64,000 nucleotides of DNA from Longimicrobiales bacterium. GTDB taxonomy: Bacteria; Gemmatimonadota; Gemmatimonadetes; Longimicrobiales; Gaopeijiaceae. Location of the stretch: positions 544,001 through 608,000 of the forward strand of contig CBDCNQ010000002.1 in NCBI GenBank assembly GCA_965219445.1. The letters run 5' to 3'. A program made the translations under genes and the position numbers. Shown one piece after another: positions 20,495-30,651 of this stretch; position 1 is the first letter of the stretch; the number at the start of each line of letters is the position of its first letter. Under the pieces are notes generated by a model. The model was not told the origin of the DNA. It saw nothing but the letters and a program-made list of their open reading frames with translations, and did not search any database.

Positions 20495-20776
20495 AAGTGG
20501 AGGTTGCCTCGGCGTCGAACAGACCCGCCTCGACGCCCACACCTCTGTCCATCAAAGGCTCGGCGAGCGCGACCGAACCGGGCTCGTTGAAGTTGACCGA
20601 CGCGAAGTCGGGCAGCACGGCTGCCTGGCTGACGCGCCCCATTTCAGGGCGGCCTTCAGCAGCATGGTCCCTGTTGGCCCGCGACGTGGTGCACCACAGC
20701 CTCCAAGCGCAAAGACACCCGGCCCCGCTACGGTGAGGAAGTCACCCCGCGACACGAGAAAGTTGCGCCGCGACAC
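20495..20776 (-). pseudogene. Remnant of beta-keto acid cleavage enzyme (DUF849/BKACE-like) with Tat-like leader
   Basis: SRRNFL...MLLKAAL, then in another frame VLPDFASVNFNEPGS..RGVGVEAGLFD; most of the fold is missing. Confidence 0.55.
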
Positions 20777-20792
20777 CCAGGCCAGCTCCAGT

Positions 20793-22739
20793 CTATTCGA
20801 GCACGTCCAGATCCCGAAAGAATTCCAGTGCTTCGGGATTCGCCAGGGCCTCGACGTTCTTCACTTCGCGTCCATGGATGACGTCGCGGACGGCGAGTTC
20901 GGTGATCTTGCCGGATCTGGTGCGGGGAATATCCGCTACCGCCGACACGACCTGAGGCACGTGCCGGGGGGTCGCGCCGGTGCGGATGCGCGTCTTGATC
21001 TCATGCGTCAACGCGTCGGTGAGTGCTAAGCCTTCGCATAATACGACGAATAGCACGACGCGGACGTCACCCTCCCACTCCTGGCCGACCGCAACCGCTT
21101 CCTGCACCGCGTCGAGCTGCTCCACTTGCCGGTAGATTTCGGCCGTGCCGATGCGCACGCCTCCGGGATTGAGCACGGCGTCGGAGCGCCCCATGATCAG
21201 GTAGCCGCCGTGCCGGGTCTCCAGCGCAAAGTCACCGTGGCACCAGATACCCGGAAACTTGTCGAAATAGGCTGCCTCGAAGGCCGCGCCATCCGGGTCG
21301 TTCCAGAAGCACAGCGGCACGGTCGGAAACGGCTGCGTGCAGACCAGCTCGCCGCGCTCCTCGATCACCCGTTCGCCGGCGTCGTTCCAGATTTCGACCG
21401 CCATGCCCAGCATAGGCCCCTGAATCTCGCCGCGGTACACGGGCCCGTACGGATTGGGTCCGACGAAGCACGCCAGAAGATCGGTACCGCCCGAGATCGA
21501 AGCCAACGCCACGTCCTGCTTGATGTGCTCGTACACGAAGTCGAAACTCTCCGGGACCAGCGGTGAGCCGGTCGACGCTATGGTCTCGAGGTCCGGCAAG
21601 GGATGGGTCTCGGCCGGCCTCAACCCCGACTTCTTCACACTGTCGATGAACTTCGCGGAGGTGCCGAAGAACATGGCACGTTCATCCTGCAGGAAATCGA
21701 ACAAGCGGTTGCCGTCCGGATAGAACGGCGAACCGTCGTACAGCATCACGGTCGCTCCGCAGGCCAGCGCCGACACCAGCCAGTTCCACATCATCCAGCC
21801 ACAGGTCGTGGAATAGAAAACCCTCTCACGCGGGCGTAGCCCAACGATCAGGCGATGCTCCTTCAGATGCTGCAGTAGCGTTCCACCGGCGCGATGCACG
21901 ATGCATTTGGGTGTGCCGGTCGTGCCACTGGTAAACATGATGTACAGCGGATGATCGAAGGGCAGTGAGCGGAACTGTGGGGCACGGCCGCGTCGTCCGT
22001 CGATCAGCTCCCTCCAGTCCAGCATCCCGTCGGGCACGCCGAGATCCATGTACGGCACGATCACCACCTGCTCCACGGTCGGTAACTGCTTGACGACAGC
22101 GCTGATCCGCCCGCGAATGTCCAGCGTCTTGCCGTTGTATTGATAACCGTCGCAGGCGATCAGAATCTTCGGATCGACTTGGGCAAAGCGGTCCAGCAGA
22201 CCCGGCTCACCAAAATCCGGCGATGACGACGAAAAGACTCCTCCCAGGGCGCTAGTAGCCAGCATCGCAGTGACCGTCTCGGCGATGTTGGGCAGCACGG
22301 CGACCACGCGGTCACCCGCCTCCAGATCCACCTCATCGAGCCAGGCGCCAAAGGCACCGACCTCGTCATTCAGCTCCTGCCAAGTGACGCGCCGGCAACG
22401 ACCATCCTCGCCGAGCGCGACGATTGCCTCGCCCGAGTCCGAGCGACGCAGGAGGTTCTCGGCAAAGTTCAAGGTTGCGCCTGGAAAGAAGCGCGCCGTG
22501 CGCATATCGGCCCCCGATTCAAACACGATCTTACCGGGCTCACCGATCACCCCGCCGAACTCCCAGACACTCCGCCAGAACGCCTCCGGTTGCTCGATCG
22601 ACCAGCGGTGCAGCCCGTGGTAATCGACGGATGCCTGCCCAGCATAGGGGCCAAAGCGGCTCGCGAACTCGGTCAACGCCGACGACGCCACACGCTCGGG
22701 CGATGGGCGCCACAAGATCCTGTCCTCTGTCTGTGTCAT
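20793..22739 (-). CDS. Acetoacetate--CoA ligase
   Basis: [47 protein letters not shown]. Confidence 0.95.
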   Translation of the reverse strand: MTQTEDRILWRPSPERVASSALTEFASRFGPYAGQASVDYHGLHRWSIEQPEAFWRSVWEFGGVIGEPGKIVFESGADMRTARFFPGATLNFAENLLRRSDSGEAIVALGEDGRCRRVTWQELNDEVGAFGAWLDEVDLEAGDRVVAVLPNIAETVTAMLATSALGGVFSSSSPDFGEPGLLDRFAQVDPKILIACDGYQYNGKTLDIRGRISAVVKQLPTVEQVVIVPYMDLGVPDGMLDWRELIDGRRGRAPQFRSLPFDHPLYIMFTSGTTGTPKCIVHRAGGTLLQHLKEHRLIVGLRPRERVFYSTTCGWMMWNWLVSALACGATVMLYDGSPFYPDGNRLFDFLQDERAMFFGTSAKFIDSVKKSGLRPAETHPLPDLETIASTGSPLVPESFDFVYEHIKQDVALASISGGTDLLACFVGPNPYGPVYRGEIQGPMLGMAVEIWNDAGERVIEERGELVCTQPFPTVPLCFWNDPDGAAFEAAYFDKFPGIWCHGDFALETRHGGYLIMGRSDAVLNPGGVRIGTAEIYRQVEQLDAVQEAVAVGQEWEGDVRVVLFVVLCEGLALTDALTHEIKTRIRTGATPRHVPQVVSAVADIPRTRSGKITELAVRDVIHGREVKNVEALANPEALEFFRDLDVLE

Positions 22740-22799
22740 GGTTGGACCTTGCGCCAGCTCCGGCGCCCCCGGTCTGCTAGTCGTGCTTAAATGCAGCCT

Positions 22800-23567
22800 T
22801 CATTCCCTGACGAACACCAGGTCCTCGTCGCTGGACAACTCGGATGCGAAGGCATAGCCATCCTCCCCAAAACCCTTCAAGTCGTCCTCATTCTCGACGC
22901 GGTTGCGGACCATGAATCGGGCCATCCTTCCTCGCGCTTTTTTCGCGATGAGCCCAACGGTCCGGGGCACTCCCTCCCTGATTTCCCTGAAGTGGCAGGT
23001 AACGAATGGGCCGGCCAGCTTCTGAGGCTCGATCGCCTTGACGTACTCGTTGGAGGCCAGAGACACGACCGTGCGGTTCTCATGGGAGGCGGTCACTTCA
23101 TTACATGCGTCGGTGAGCCGCGAGCCCCAGAAGTCGTAGAGGTCCTTTCCACGCTGGGTGGAAAGCCTCGAGCCCATCTCCAGCCGATACGGCTGAATCA
23201 GGTCGAGGGGCCGCAGAACGCCATAGAGACCCGAAAGGATGTTGAGGTGATTCTGGGCATACGTGAGGTCGTCCTTGCTCAGCGTGTCCGCATCGAGCCC
23301 CACGTAGGTATCACCGCGGAACATGAACACGGCTTGCTTGGCATTGCTAGGGTCGAAGGGCGTCGAGTATCGCTCGTAGCGAGCATGGTTCAGTTCGGTC
23401 AGGGCGTCCGAGAGTTTCATGAGCGCCTTGAGTCCCTCCTTCCCCAGATCCTTGACGGTGTCCACGAGCTCTTCGCTGTTGTCCAACATCTTGGGGATCG
23501 TGAAGTCGCCCAACGGCGGATCATTTTCTGTGTCCAGCCTCTTGGCGGGGGATATCAAAGCCAGCAC
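22800..23567 (-). CDS. yaaA: Peroxide stress protein YaaA (UPF0246)
   Basis: ISPAK, LSGLYGVLRPLDLIQPYRLEMG, LASNEY, AKKARG. Confidence 0.95.
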   Translation of the reverse strand: MLALISPAKRLDTENDPPLGDFTIPKMLDNSEELVDTVKDLGKEGLKALMKLSDALTELNHARYERYSTPFDPSNAKQAVFMFRGDTYVGLDADTLSKDDLTYAQNHLNILSGLYGVLRPLDLIQPYRLEMGSRLSTQRGKDLYDFWGSRLTDACNEVTASHENRTVVSLASNEYVKAIEPQKLAGPFVTCHFREIREGVPRTVGLIAKKARGRMARFMVRNRVENEDDLKGFGEDGYAFASELSSDEDLVFVRE

Positions 23568-23697
23568 GTTGCTTCTGTCCTGTTGAGGCTCCGGTTTGAC
23601 GGATCGGGAACAACGTGAGGGGCAGGACCCAAGGCGGTCAATATCACCGAATACCGGTACCGCCCGCGGGAGCCGCTGTAGCCTCCCAGCGCGGATC

Positions 23698-25170
23698 TCA
23701 GTACGGAAGAACGTAGAGCACGATCGCCAGAAACGGGATGAGCAAGAGCATCATCGTGATCGCGTATCCGAACATGTCGCGAGCACGAAGGCCGGTGATG
23801 GCCAGGAGCGGGATTGCCCAAAAGGGGTTGAGGAGGTTGGTGTGGGCGTCCCCGACCGCGTAGGCCGCGATCGTCTGGCCATGAGGGATTCCCAACTCGG
23901 CGCCAGCCATCATCATCGGCCCACCGATGATCGCCCACTCACCGCCGGCTGAGGGTACGAAGACGTTGAGGATCCCTCCGGTGAGCCATGCGGTCACCGC
24001 GAACGTATCCGGTGTGGCGATCGAGAGCAGCGACACGGTCATGGAATCGACCAACCCGGTCCCCGTCATGATTCCGATGATCCCGGCGTAGAACGGGAAG
24101 AGCAGGACGACTCCCGCGCTCCCTTTCACGGCGTCGTAGAACTCGCTCAAGTACTTGGTCGGGCTGGCGTAGAGCAGGAGGCCGATCATGAGGAATCCGA
24201 AGTTGAAATTATTCAGGTCGAGCGCACCGAGGCCTTGCGTGAAGAACGCGCTCAGAAACACTACGACACCGGTTAACGCGAGTATGCCACCGAGGATCCT
24301 GCTGTTGTCCATCTTGTCGGCTAGGGACGCCTTCGCCTCGCCCGAGCGAGGATCCCGGCCCACGTCCGCGTCCGAGTCGACCCTGCTCGACCCGGCAGTC
24401 CCCACGTGCCGATCCTGGTCGACGTCCGGATTCACATCGGGGTCGAGATCGACGTAGTGCCCGATCGCCCTGCAGTTCTCCTTCGGCGGGCTCAGCAGGT
24501 ACAGCAACATCGAGCCGTAGACGATCGAAAGGACGGTCAAGGTCAGCGGGTAGGGGTGGAAGACCCACTCCGTGGAGGGGATCACTCGATCGACGAACCC
24601 CAACTGTATCAATGCGTTACCGTCGGTAGCTTGAAGTAATCCCGCGGAGCTGGACATCCCCCATCCCCAGGTAAGGCCGAGCCCCATGTAGCCGGCCACC
24701 GCCAACAGCGGATAGTGGACGGCCATTCCGTTCCTGGCGGCGTACTTCCCCATCTCACGGGCCAGAATCGCCCCCAAGATGAGGCTGAGACCCCAGGAGA
24801 TCCATGCGGTTAGCATCGCTCCGACACCTACGAGAACGACGGCCTGCCGTCCGTTCTTGGGAATCCGCACGAGGCTGAGGATCACGCCCCTCACCCGTGG
24901 GTGGTACGCCACGACGTTCGCGGTCACGAGGATGATCACCATCTGCATGGCGAACTGCAGCAGCCCCCAGAAGCCTTCGTACCATGAGAGGGCGATCTCG
25001 GTCAGTGCGGACCCTTCAGAGATGAACGCGGCGCCCGCAGCGACGTACGTCAGGAGGATGGCGAAGAGGAACGGGCTGGGCATCCACCGCTCCACCCGGT
25101 CGGCGATCGCCTCCCCGAACCTTTGGACAGGAGTGAGATCCGGTTCAGTCACCTGCTCGGCAGTTGGCAT
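23698..25170 (-). CDS. atoE: Short-chain fatty acid transporter (AtoE-like)
   Basis: LLQFAMQM, FPFYAGI, NVFVPSAGGEW, PFWAIPLLAITGL. Confidence 0.85.
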   Translation of the reverse strand: MPTAEQVTEPDLTPVQRFGEAIADRVERWMPSPFLFAILLTYVAAGAAFISEGSALTEIALSWYEGFWGLLQFAMQMVIILVTANVVAYHPRVRGVILSLVRIPKNGRQAVVLVGVGAMLTAWISWGLSLILGAILAREMGKYAARNGMAVHYPLLAVAGYMGLGLTWGWGMSSSAGLLQATDGNALIQLGFVDRVIPSTEWVFHPYPLTLTVLSIVYGSMLLYLLSPPKENCRAIGHYVDLDPDVNPDVDQDRHVGTAGSSRVDSDADVGRDPRSGEAKASLADKMDNSRILGGILALTGVVVFLSAFFTQGLGALDLNNFNFGFLMIGLLLYASPTKYLSEFYDAVKGSAGVVLLFPFYAGIIGIMTGTGLVDSMTVSLLSIATPDTFAVTAWLTGGILNVFVPSAGGEWAIIGGPMMMAGAELGIPHGQTIAAYAVGDAHTNLLNPFWAIPLLAITGLRARDMFGYAITMMLLLIPFLAIVLYVLPY

Positions 25171-25310
25171 ACTCGGCTCCTTGGCCTGTTGGCGTCATAC
25201 GGCGCTTCAACGTCACGCGGGCGGACCCTGCGCGCCACTCAGATGCGGTGTTGGCCACCCACAATGGGTGGCGAGAGAGAGCGCGTTGACTGGTTCGCTG
25301 CGGTCCCTCA

Positions 25311-25525
25311 CGTGCTGGCTTTCGCCGGAACGTAATTCCAGGCGAAGCCGAGGCCACGCTCGATATCCGTGGATTGCCCGACGAGAATCCGCAGGAGTTC
25401 TATCGTGACCTCGCCGGCGTGACCAACGATCCGAACATCGAGATCATCCCGGAAGGGGTCTACCGGCCGGCGAGCCCGCCCTCCGGCATAGAGAACGAGA
25501 TGTTTCAGGCCCTGGAGGGCTCGTT
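25311..25525 (+). pseudogene. Internal fragment of an M20-family metallohydrolase (dimerisation region)
   Basis: Reads AGFRRNVIPGEAEATLDIRGLPDENP..., with no N-terminal catalytic domain. Confidence 0.6.
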
Positions 25526-25623
25526 CCTGTCCCTGATCCAGTATCTGTGTACGCCGTCGTCGAAGTGGCAGCGAGCGCATGACTTGAAAGAACTGCCTTG
25601 ACCATCGCCCGTTCTCTCTTAAG

Positions 25624-25641
25624 TTCATACGAACGTTTGAA
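25624..25641. promoter_or_regulatory. Putative TetR operator
   Basis: Imperfect palindrome TTCAtACG-aa-CGTtTGAA 17 bp upstream of the TetR ATG. Confidence 0.55.
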
Positions 25642-25658
25642 TCAATCAAAGGACCCAC

Positions 25659-26273
25659 ATGATCAAGCTCTCTCCGAATACGGGCACGGCCACCCGGTTG
25701 AGAAGGGCCGGACGACGGATCTTCGCACGCCGGGGCTACGAGGGGGCCTCCCTTCGGGGCATCACACGAGAGGCCCGCGCCAACCTGGGGGCAGTGACGT
25801 ACCACTTCGGGAGCAAGAAGGGTCTGTACGAGGCCGTCGTGGACGGCGCTCTCGCTCCCCTCAGAGAGCGAGTGAGCAAGGCTGCAGCCGTTCCGGGAAC
25901 ACCGCTCGAAAGGATCGAGGGTGTCGTCCGAGCTTTCTTCGCCCACCTGAGCGAGAATCCGGACATGCCCAACTTCATGCTCCAGCAGGTGACCTCGGGA
26001 GTCGAGCCCATCGAACCGGTCCAACAGACGATGCAGTACGTTATCGGAACGCTCTCGACCCTACTTTGTGAAGGACAGGAGGACGGGAGCATCCTCGAGT
26101 CGGACACGCTCCCAACGGTTATCGGGATCATTGCCCTCCCGGTCCACCTGACGCTGGTGGGCCAGCTGTTGTCTCGGGCGGGCGGCTTCCCCGGCGGTGT
26201 GCCTGCGGATCGGGCGGAGGAGCATGCGGTTCAGTTCGTGGGAAGGGCCCTCAACGCCAAGGAGGTATCATGA
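25659..26273 (+). CDS. TetR/AcrR transcriptional regulator
   Basis: FARRGYEGASLRGITREARANLGAVTYHFGSKKGLY. Confidence 0.92.
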   Translation: MIKLSPNTGTATRLRRAGRRIFARRGYEGASLRGITREARANLGAVTYHFGSKKGLYEAVVDGALAPLRERVSKAAAVPGTPLERIEGVVRAFFAHLSENPDMPNFMLQQVTSGVEPIEPVQQTMQYVIGTLSTLLCEGQEDGSILESDTLPTVIGIIALPVHLTLVGQLLSRAGGFPGGVPADRAEEHAVQFVGRALNAKEVS

Positions 26274-27673
26274 ATTCGCAGCTTCGGAGCATTCTGGCGG
26301 TCTTGGCAGGCCTCGCGGTGCCGTGCATGGGCGGACAAGCACAGGGCATAGCCGCCCAGGCGGCGAACCGTCCTTCCTCCGATGCCACGGGGACTCTGTC
26401 TCAGGCCACACTCACTCTCTCCGAGGCCGTGGCGACGACGTTGGAGACTCACCCCTTCCTTCTCGGAGGAATGGCGCGCCAGAGAGCGGCCGAAGAGGCC
26501 CACGGGGTCAGTCGGGGAGACCGCTTCCCTGCTCTGAGCGTGCTCGGCACGGCCGCACAGTTCGAAGAGCCGATGATCGTCACGCCCATTCATGCCTTCG
26601 AGCCTTCTCTCGTCCCCCCCTTCGATGAGACGCTCTTCCAGGCCCGAGCCGTGGTCGGCTACACAGTCTACGACGGTGGCGCGAGAGGAGCGCGCATCGA
26701 GGCGTCCGCCTCTCAGGTGAGGGCGGCAGAGTCCGATCTCAGATCGGCCCGCCAGGAGCTCATCGGCCAGGTCGCCGTGAGCTATCTCGGCGTCCTTTTG
26801 GCTCGGGATCAGTTGGACGCCCACGACCAGCGCATCGCCGCCCTGCAGGCCGAGCTCGAACGGGTTCAGGCTCTTCTGGCCGTGGGTAGGGCACCGCGAG
26901 TGGAAGTGCTACGAGCCGAGGCGGCGCTGGCAGACGCTCGCGCCAACCGGGTCCGGACGGTCACGCTGCGCCGGGTCGCAGAGGGCGATTTGAGTCGGCT
27001 CATGGGCCTGTCCTCCGGCTCCCTAGTCGAGCGGGAATTTCAGGGGGTCGCCCTGCAGGAAGTAGGAATCGTCGACCCAACGCGGCTGTTCTCGGCTTCA
27101 CTGGCCACCAATCCAGGTGTCCAGCGCGCCCGGGACGATCTTACATCCGCCGAAGCCGCTGTGGGCGTCGCCCAGGGCGCCCGCAGGCCCAGCGTGGATC
27201 TTCAAGCGGCCTACGTTGACCAGGGTAGCCTCGACGGACACTTCACCGGCGAGTGGAACGTGGGCGTGGGCATCTCGGTGCCCGTCTTCACCGGTGGCCG
27301 TCTGGGACACGGTGTTTCCCGAGCCGAGGCGCTTCGTGAGGCCTCCCGCGAGAACGTACGTCTCGCCGAGCTCGGAGCGGCCGCCAACGTCGACAGGGCG
27401 CTGGCGACGCTGGAAGAGACCGAGGCCCGTGCGGTGAGTCTTCGCACAGCCGTGGACCGCTCCGAGGAAGTGGCTCGCATCGAACGACTACGTCTCGACA
27501 CCGGCACCGGAGTTCAGGCGGACTACCTGGAGGCCGAGGCGACCCTTCTGTCCCTCAGAGCGGCGCTCAGTGAAGCGGACCACGGCGCGGTGCTCGCGCG
27601 GATTAGACTCGCCCAGGCGGTGGGTGAGCTCGACGAGGGCTGGCTCGAAGAGAACCTCGGAGGTGAATTATGA
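26270..27673 (+). CDS. TolC-family outer-membrane efflux protein
   Basis: Signal peptide, two OEP repeats (VPVFTGG), operon context. Confidence 0.88.
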   Translation: MNSQLRSILAVLAGLAVPCMGGQAQGIAAQAANRPSSDATGTLSQATLTLSEAVATTLETHPFLLGGMARQRAAEEAHGVSRGDRFPALSVLGTAAQFEEPMIVTPIHAFEPSLVPPFDETLFQARAVVGYTVYDGGARGARIEASASQVRAAESDLRSARQELIGQVAVSYLGVLLARDQLDAHDQRIAALQAELERVQALLAVGRAPRVEVLRAEAALADARANRVRTVTLRRVAEGDLSRLMGLSSGSLVEREFQGVALQEVGIVDPTRLFSASLATNPGVQRARDDLTSAEAAVGVAQGARRPSVDLQAAYVDQGSLDGHFTGEWNVGVGISVPVFTGGRLGHGVSRAEALREASRENVRLAELGAAANVDRALATLEETEARAVSLRTAVDRSEEVARIERLRLDTGTGVQADYLEAEATLLSLRAALSEADHGAVLARIRLAQAVGELDEGWLEENLGGEL

Positions 27674-28680
27674 GTGAACGCCGATCCCCCCGACCCGTCC
27701 TTGCGCTGACCGTCTTGGCGGTCGTCGGTGCCATCGTGTGGTTCGGATTCCTGCAGGACGGTGACGTGGGAGACGGGCTCACGGCTTTTGGGACCGTGGA
27801 GGCGACCGAGGGTCAGCTCGCTTTCCAGGCTGCCGGCCGGATCCAAGCGATCGTCGCGCGTGAGGGTGACCGCGTTGCCACCGGCCAGGAGCTGGCGAGC
27901 CTCGACCGGTCCGAGCTCGATGCGCGCCGTGCTCAGCTGGTGGCTCAGCTCGCAGGAGCGCGGGCCGGATTGGCGGAGCTTCAGAGCGGGTTCCGAGCAG
28001 AGGAGATCGCGCAGGGGCGCGCCGGCCTCCGGGCGGCCGAGGAGCAGGTGGGCGATGCCGAGCGGGACCTGGAGCGAACCGCACTTCTGTATGACGGCGG
28101 GGCGGTGAGTCAGGAGGCACTGGAGAAGAGCGAGCTCGCCCTGAGCCTCTCCCGTATCCAGGCAGACGAGCGGCGTGAGGCGCTCGGGCTTCTGGAGGCG
28201 GGACCTCGCGCGGAGAGGGTGACGGCCCAGGCCGCGCAGGTGGCTGCCGCCGAAGCCGGCATTCAGGTCGTCGACGCGGCGTTGTCCTTCGCCATGATCA
28301 CGGCTCCGTTCGATGGGGTGGTGACCGTCAGGCACCGGGAGCCGGGTGAGACGGCCCCACCCGGTGCTCCCGTTCTGACCCTCATGAACCCGGATGACCG
28401 CTGGGTGCGGATCTATGTGCAGGAGGACCGGATCGGTAGGGTCGCGCTGGGACAGCGCGCCACCATCACCTCGGATAGCTATCCCGACCGTACCTACGAG
28501 GGACGCGTAACCTTCGTCGCTTCGGAGGCCGAATTCACGCCCAAGAACGTCCAGACGCCCGAGGAGCGAGTGAAACTCGTATATGCGGTGAAGGTCCAGG
28601 TCGTGGGCGATCCGGCCTTCGAGCTCAAGCCGGGCATGCCCGCCGACGTACGCCTGGACACGGGCGAAGTGGCCCAGTGA
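27670..28680 (+). CDS. HlyD-family membrane fusion protein (YbhG-like)
   Basis: ITAPFDGVV, AEFTPKNVQTPEER, LKPGMPADV. Confidence 0.92.
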   Translation: MSERRSPRPVLALTVLAVVGAIVWFGFLQDGDVGDGLTAFGTVEATEGQLAFQAAGRIQAIVAREGDRVATGQELASLDRSELDARRAQLVAQLAGARAGLAELQSGFRAEEIAQGRAGLRAAEEQVGDAERDLERTALLYDGGAVSQEALEKSELALSLSRIQADERREALGLLEAGPRAERVTAQAAQVAAAEAGIQVVDAALSFAMITAPFDGVVTVRHREPGETAPPGAPVLTLMNPDDRWVRIYVQEDRIGRVALGQRATITSDSYPDRTYEGRVTFVASEAEFTPKNVQTPEERVKLVYAVKVQVVGDPAFELKPGMPADVRLDTGEVAQ

Positions 28681-29660
28681 GCGTCCGGGGGAAGTCGACC
28701 GGGCAGGGGTCGGCCCCTGCGGTCCGAACCGAGGGTCTCACCAGAGCGTTCGGTCCGCTCCTGGCGGTGGACGGTCTGTCCTTGGAGGTCGCGACCGGTG
28801 AGCTCTTCGGTCTCGTGGGCCCCGACGGAGCCGGTAAGACCACGACGCTGAGAATGCTCGCCGGCGTCCTCCCTCCTTCGAGCGGGCGCGCCTGGGTGTT
28901 CGGCACCGACGTCGGTGAGGACCCCGAAGCGGTCAAAGCACAGATCGCATACATGTCTCAGCGCTTCGGTCTCTATCACGACCTCACGGTCAGCGAGAAC
29001 CTCGACTTCTACGCCGACCTCTTCGGCGTGCCCCGGGACCAACGCTCCGAAAGGCTCTCACGACTCTACGAGTTCAGTGGCCTCGGACCCTATAGGGACC
29101 GCCGGGCGGAAGCGCTCTCCGGTGGAATGAAGCAGAAGCTCGGTCTTTCGTGCGCCTTGATCCATCGGCCGAGCCTCTTGCTCCTGGACGAGCCGACGTT
29201 CGGAGTGGACCCGATATCGCGACGGGATCTCTGGCTGATCATCCACGAGATGGTGAACGAGGGGGTGACCGTGGTGGTGAGCACGGCCTACATGGACGAG
29301 GCCGAGCGGTTCGATCGGCTGGCTTTCCTTCAGGCGGGCAGAAGCCTCTCGGTGGACACTCCCGACGTGCTTCGGGAGGGGCTAGCTGGCCGGGTCCTAT
29401 CGGTCCGGGTCGGGAATCGGTCGAGGGCGGCTCGGGACGTCCTGAGAACGACTCCGCTCGTCGCCAGCGCATCCGTGTTCGGTGATCGACTGCATGTGGT
29501 GCTGGAGGACGCGACCACAGGCCCGGGTTCGGTCCAAACCGCTCTCGAGTCGAAGGGATTTTCGGACGTGAATGTGGAATTCATCGACGATCCGTCGCTG
29601 GAGGACGTGTTCATAGACCAGGTCGGGGCCCGCGGCGGGCGAGGCCATGACGCAGACTGA
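28677..29660 (+). CDS. ABC transporter ATP-binding protein
   Basis: GPDGAGKT, LSGGMKQK, LLLDEPT. Confidence 0.95.
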   Translation: MSVRGKSTGQGSAPAVRTEGLTRAFGPLLAVDGLSLEVATGELFGLVGPDGAGKTTTLRMLAGVLPPSSGRAWVFGTDVGEDPEAVKAQIAYMSQRFGLYHDLTVSENLDFYADLFGVPRDQRSERLSRLYEFSGLGPYRDRRAEALSGGMKQKLGLSCALIHRPSLLLLDEPTFGVDPISRRDLWLIIHEMVNEGVTVVVSTAYMDEAERFDRLAFLQAGRSLSVDTPDVLREGLAGRVLSVRVGNRSRAARDVLRTTPLVASASVFGDRLHVVLEDATTGPGSVQTALESKGFSDVNVEFIDDPSLEDVFIDQVGARGGRGHDAD

Positions 29661-30651
29661 GGGGTCCAGCCCCACGGGCGGGCTCCACATATTGCCGAAC
29701 GACCCAGGGGACCTCGGGCATGCCGTCACTGCCCGCGACCTCACGCGTCATTTCGGCGACTTCATCGCCGTCGACGGTGTGTCGTTTCAGGTACGCTCAG
29801 GCGAGATCTTCGGCTTTCTGGGACCCAACGGGGCCGGCAAGACCACCACCATCAAGATGCTCACCGGGCTCATTCCTCCTACCTCGGGTGAGGGACGCGT
29901 GGCGGGCCTCGACGTGGCGACGGAGCGCGGTGCCATCAAGCGGCGGATCGGCTACATGTCTCAGCTCTTCTCCCTCTACTCCGATCTGACCGTCGACGAG
30001 AACATCCGCTTCTTCGCTCGACTCTACGGGGTCCCCGGGGGCCGCCGACGCGAGCGGGCGGATTGGGTAGTGGAGATGGCGGGACTCACCGAGCACCGGG
30101 GCCGTCTGACGGGCGAGTTGCCCTTGGGATGGAAGCAGAGGCTCGCCCTGGGCTGTGCCGTCCTTCATGAGCCTCCGATCCTCTTTCTGGACGAGCCCAC
30201 GTCGGGGGTCGACCCGATCTCGCGTAGAGCGTTCTGGGACCTGATCTATGAGCTGAGGGACGGCGGGACCACGGTCTTCGTCACGACTCACTACATGGAG
30301 GAGGCCGAGTACTGCCACCGGCTCGCCCTGATGAATCGGGGACGCCTCATCGCCCTGGACACGGCGGCAGGCCTCCGGGACGGCATGAGACTGCCCCTCT
30401 TCGAGGTCCGAGCCGAGGACCCGCCTCGGGCCGTACAGGCACTGGACGGTACCTCGGGCATCGTGGATGCCGCTATGTACGGTCGCTCCCTCCACGTGAC
30501 CACGGACACGAAAGAGGGCGCAGACGACCGTATCCGGTCCCACCTGGCCCGGGTGGACATCGACGTGACCTCCGTGGAGCAGATCAAACCCTCTCTCGAG
30601 GACGTGTTCGTGGCGCTCGTCCGTGAAGAGGGTGGAGCCAGGGGCGGGTGA
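29647..30651 (+). CDS. ABC transporter ATP-binding protein
   Basis: GPNGAGKT, LPLGWKQR, LFLDEPT. Confidence 0.95.
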   Translation: MTQTEGSSPTGGLHILPNDPGDLGHAVTARDLTRHFGDFIAVDGVSFQVRSGEIFGFLGPNGAGKTTTIKMLTGLIPPTSGEGRVAGLDVATERGAIKRRIGYMSQLFSLYSDLTVDENIRFFARLYGVPGGRRRERADWVVEMAGLTEHRGRLTGELPLGWKQRLALGCAVLHEPPILFLDEPTSGVDPISRRAFWDLIYELRDGGTTVFVTTHYMEEAEYCHRLALMNRGRLIALDTAAGLRDGMRLPLFEVRAEDPPRAVQALDGTSGIVDAAMYGRSLHVTTDTKEGADDRIRSHLARVDIDVTSVEQIKPSLEDVFVALVREEGGARGG

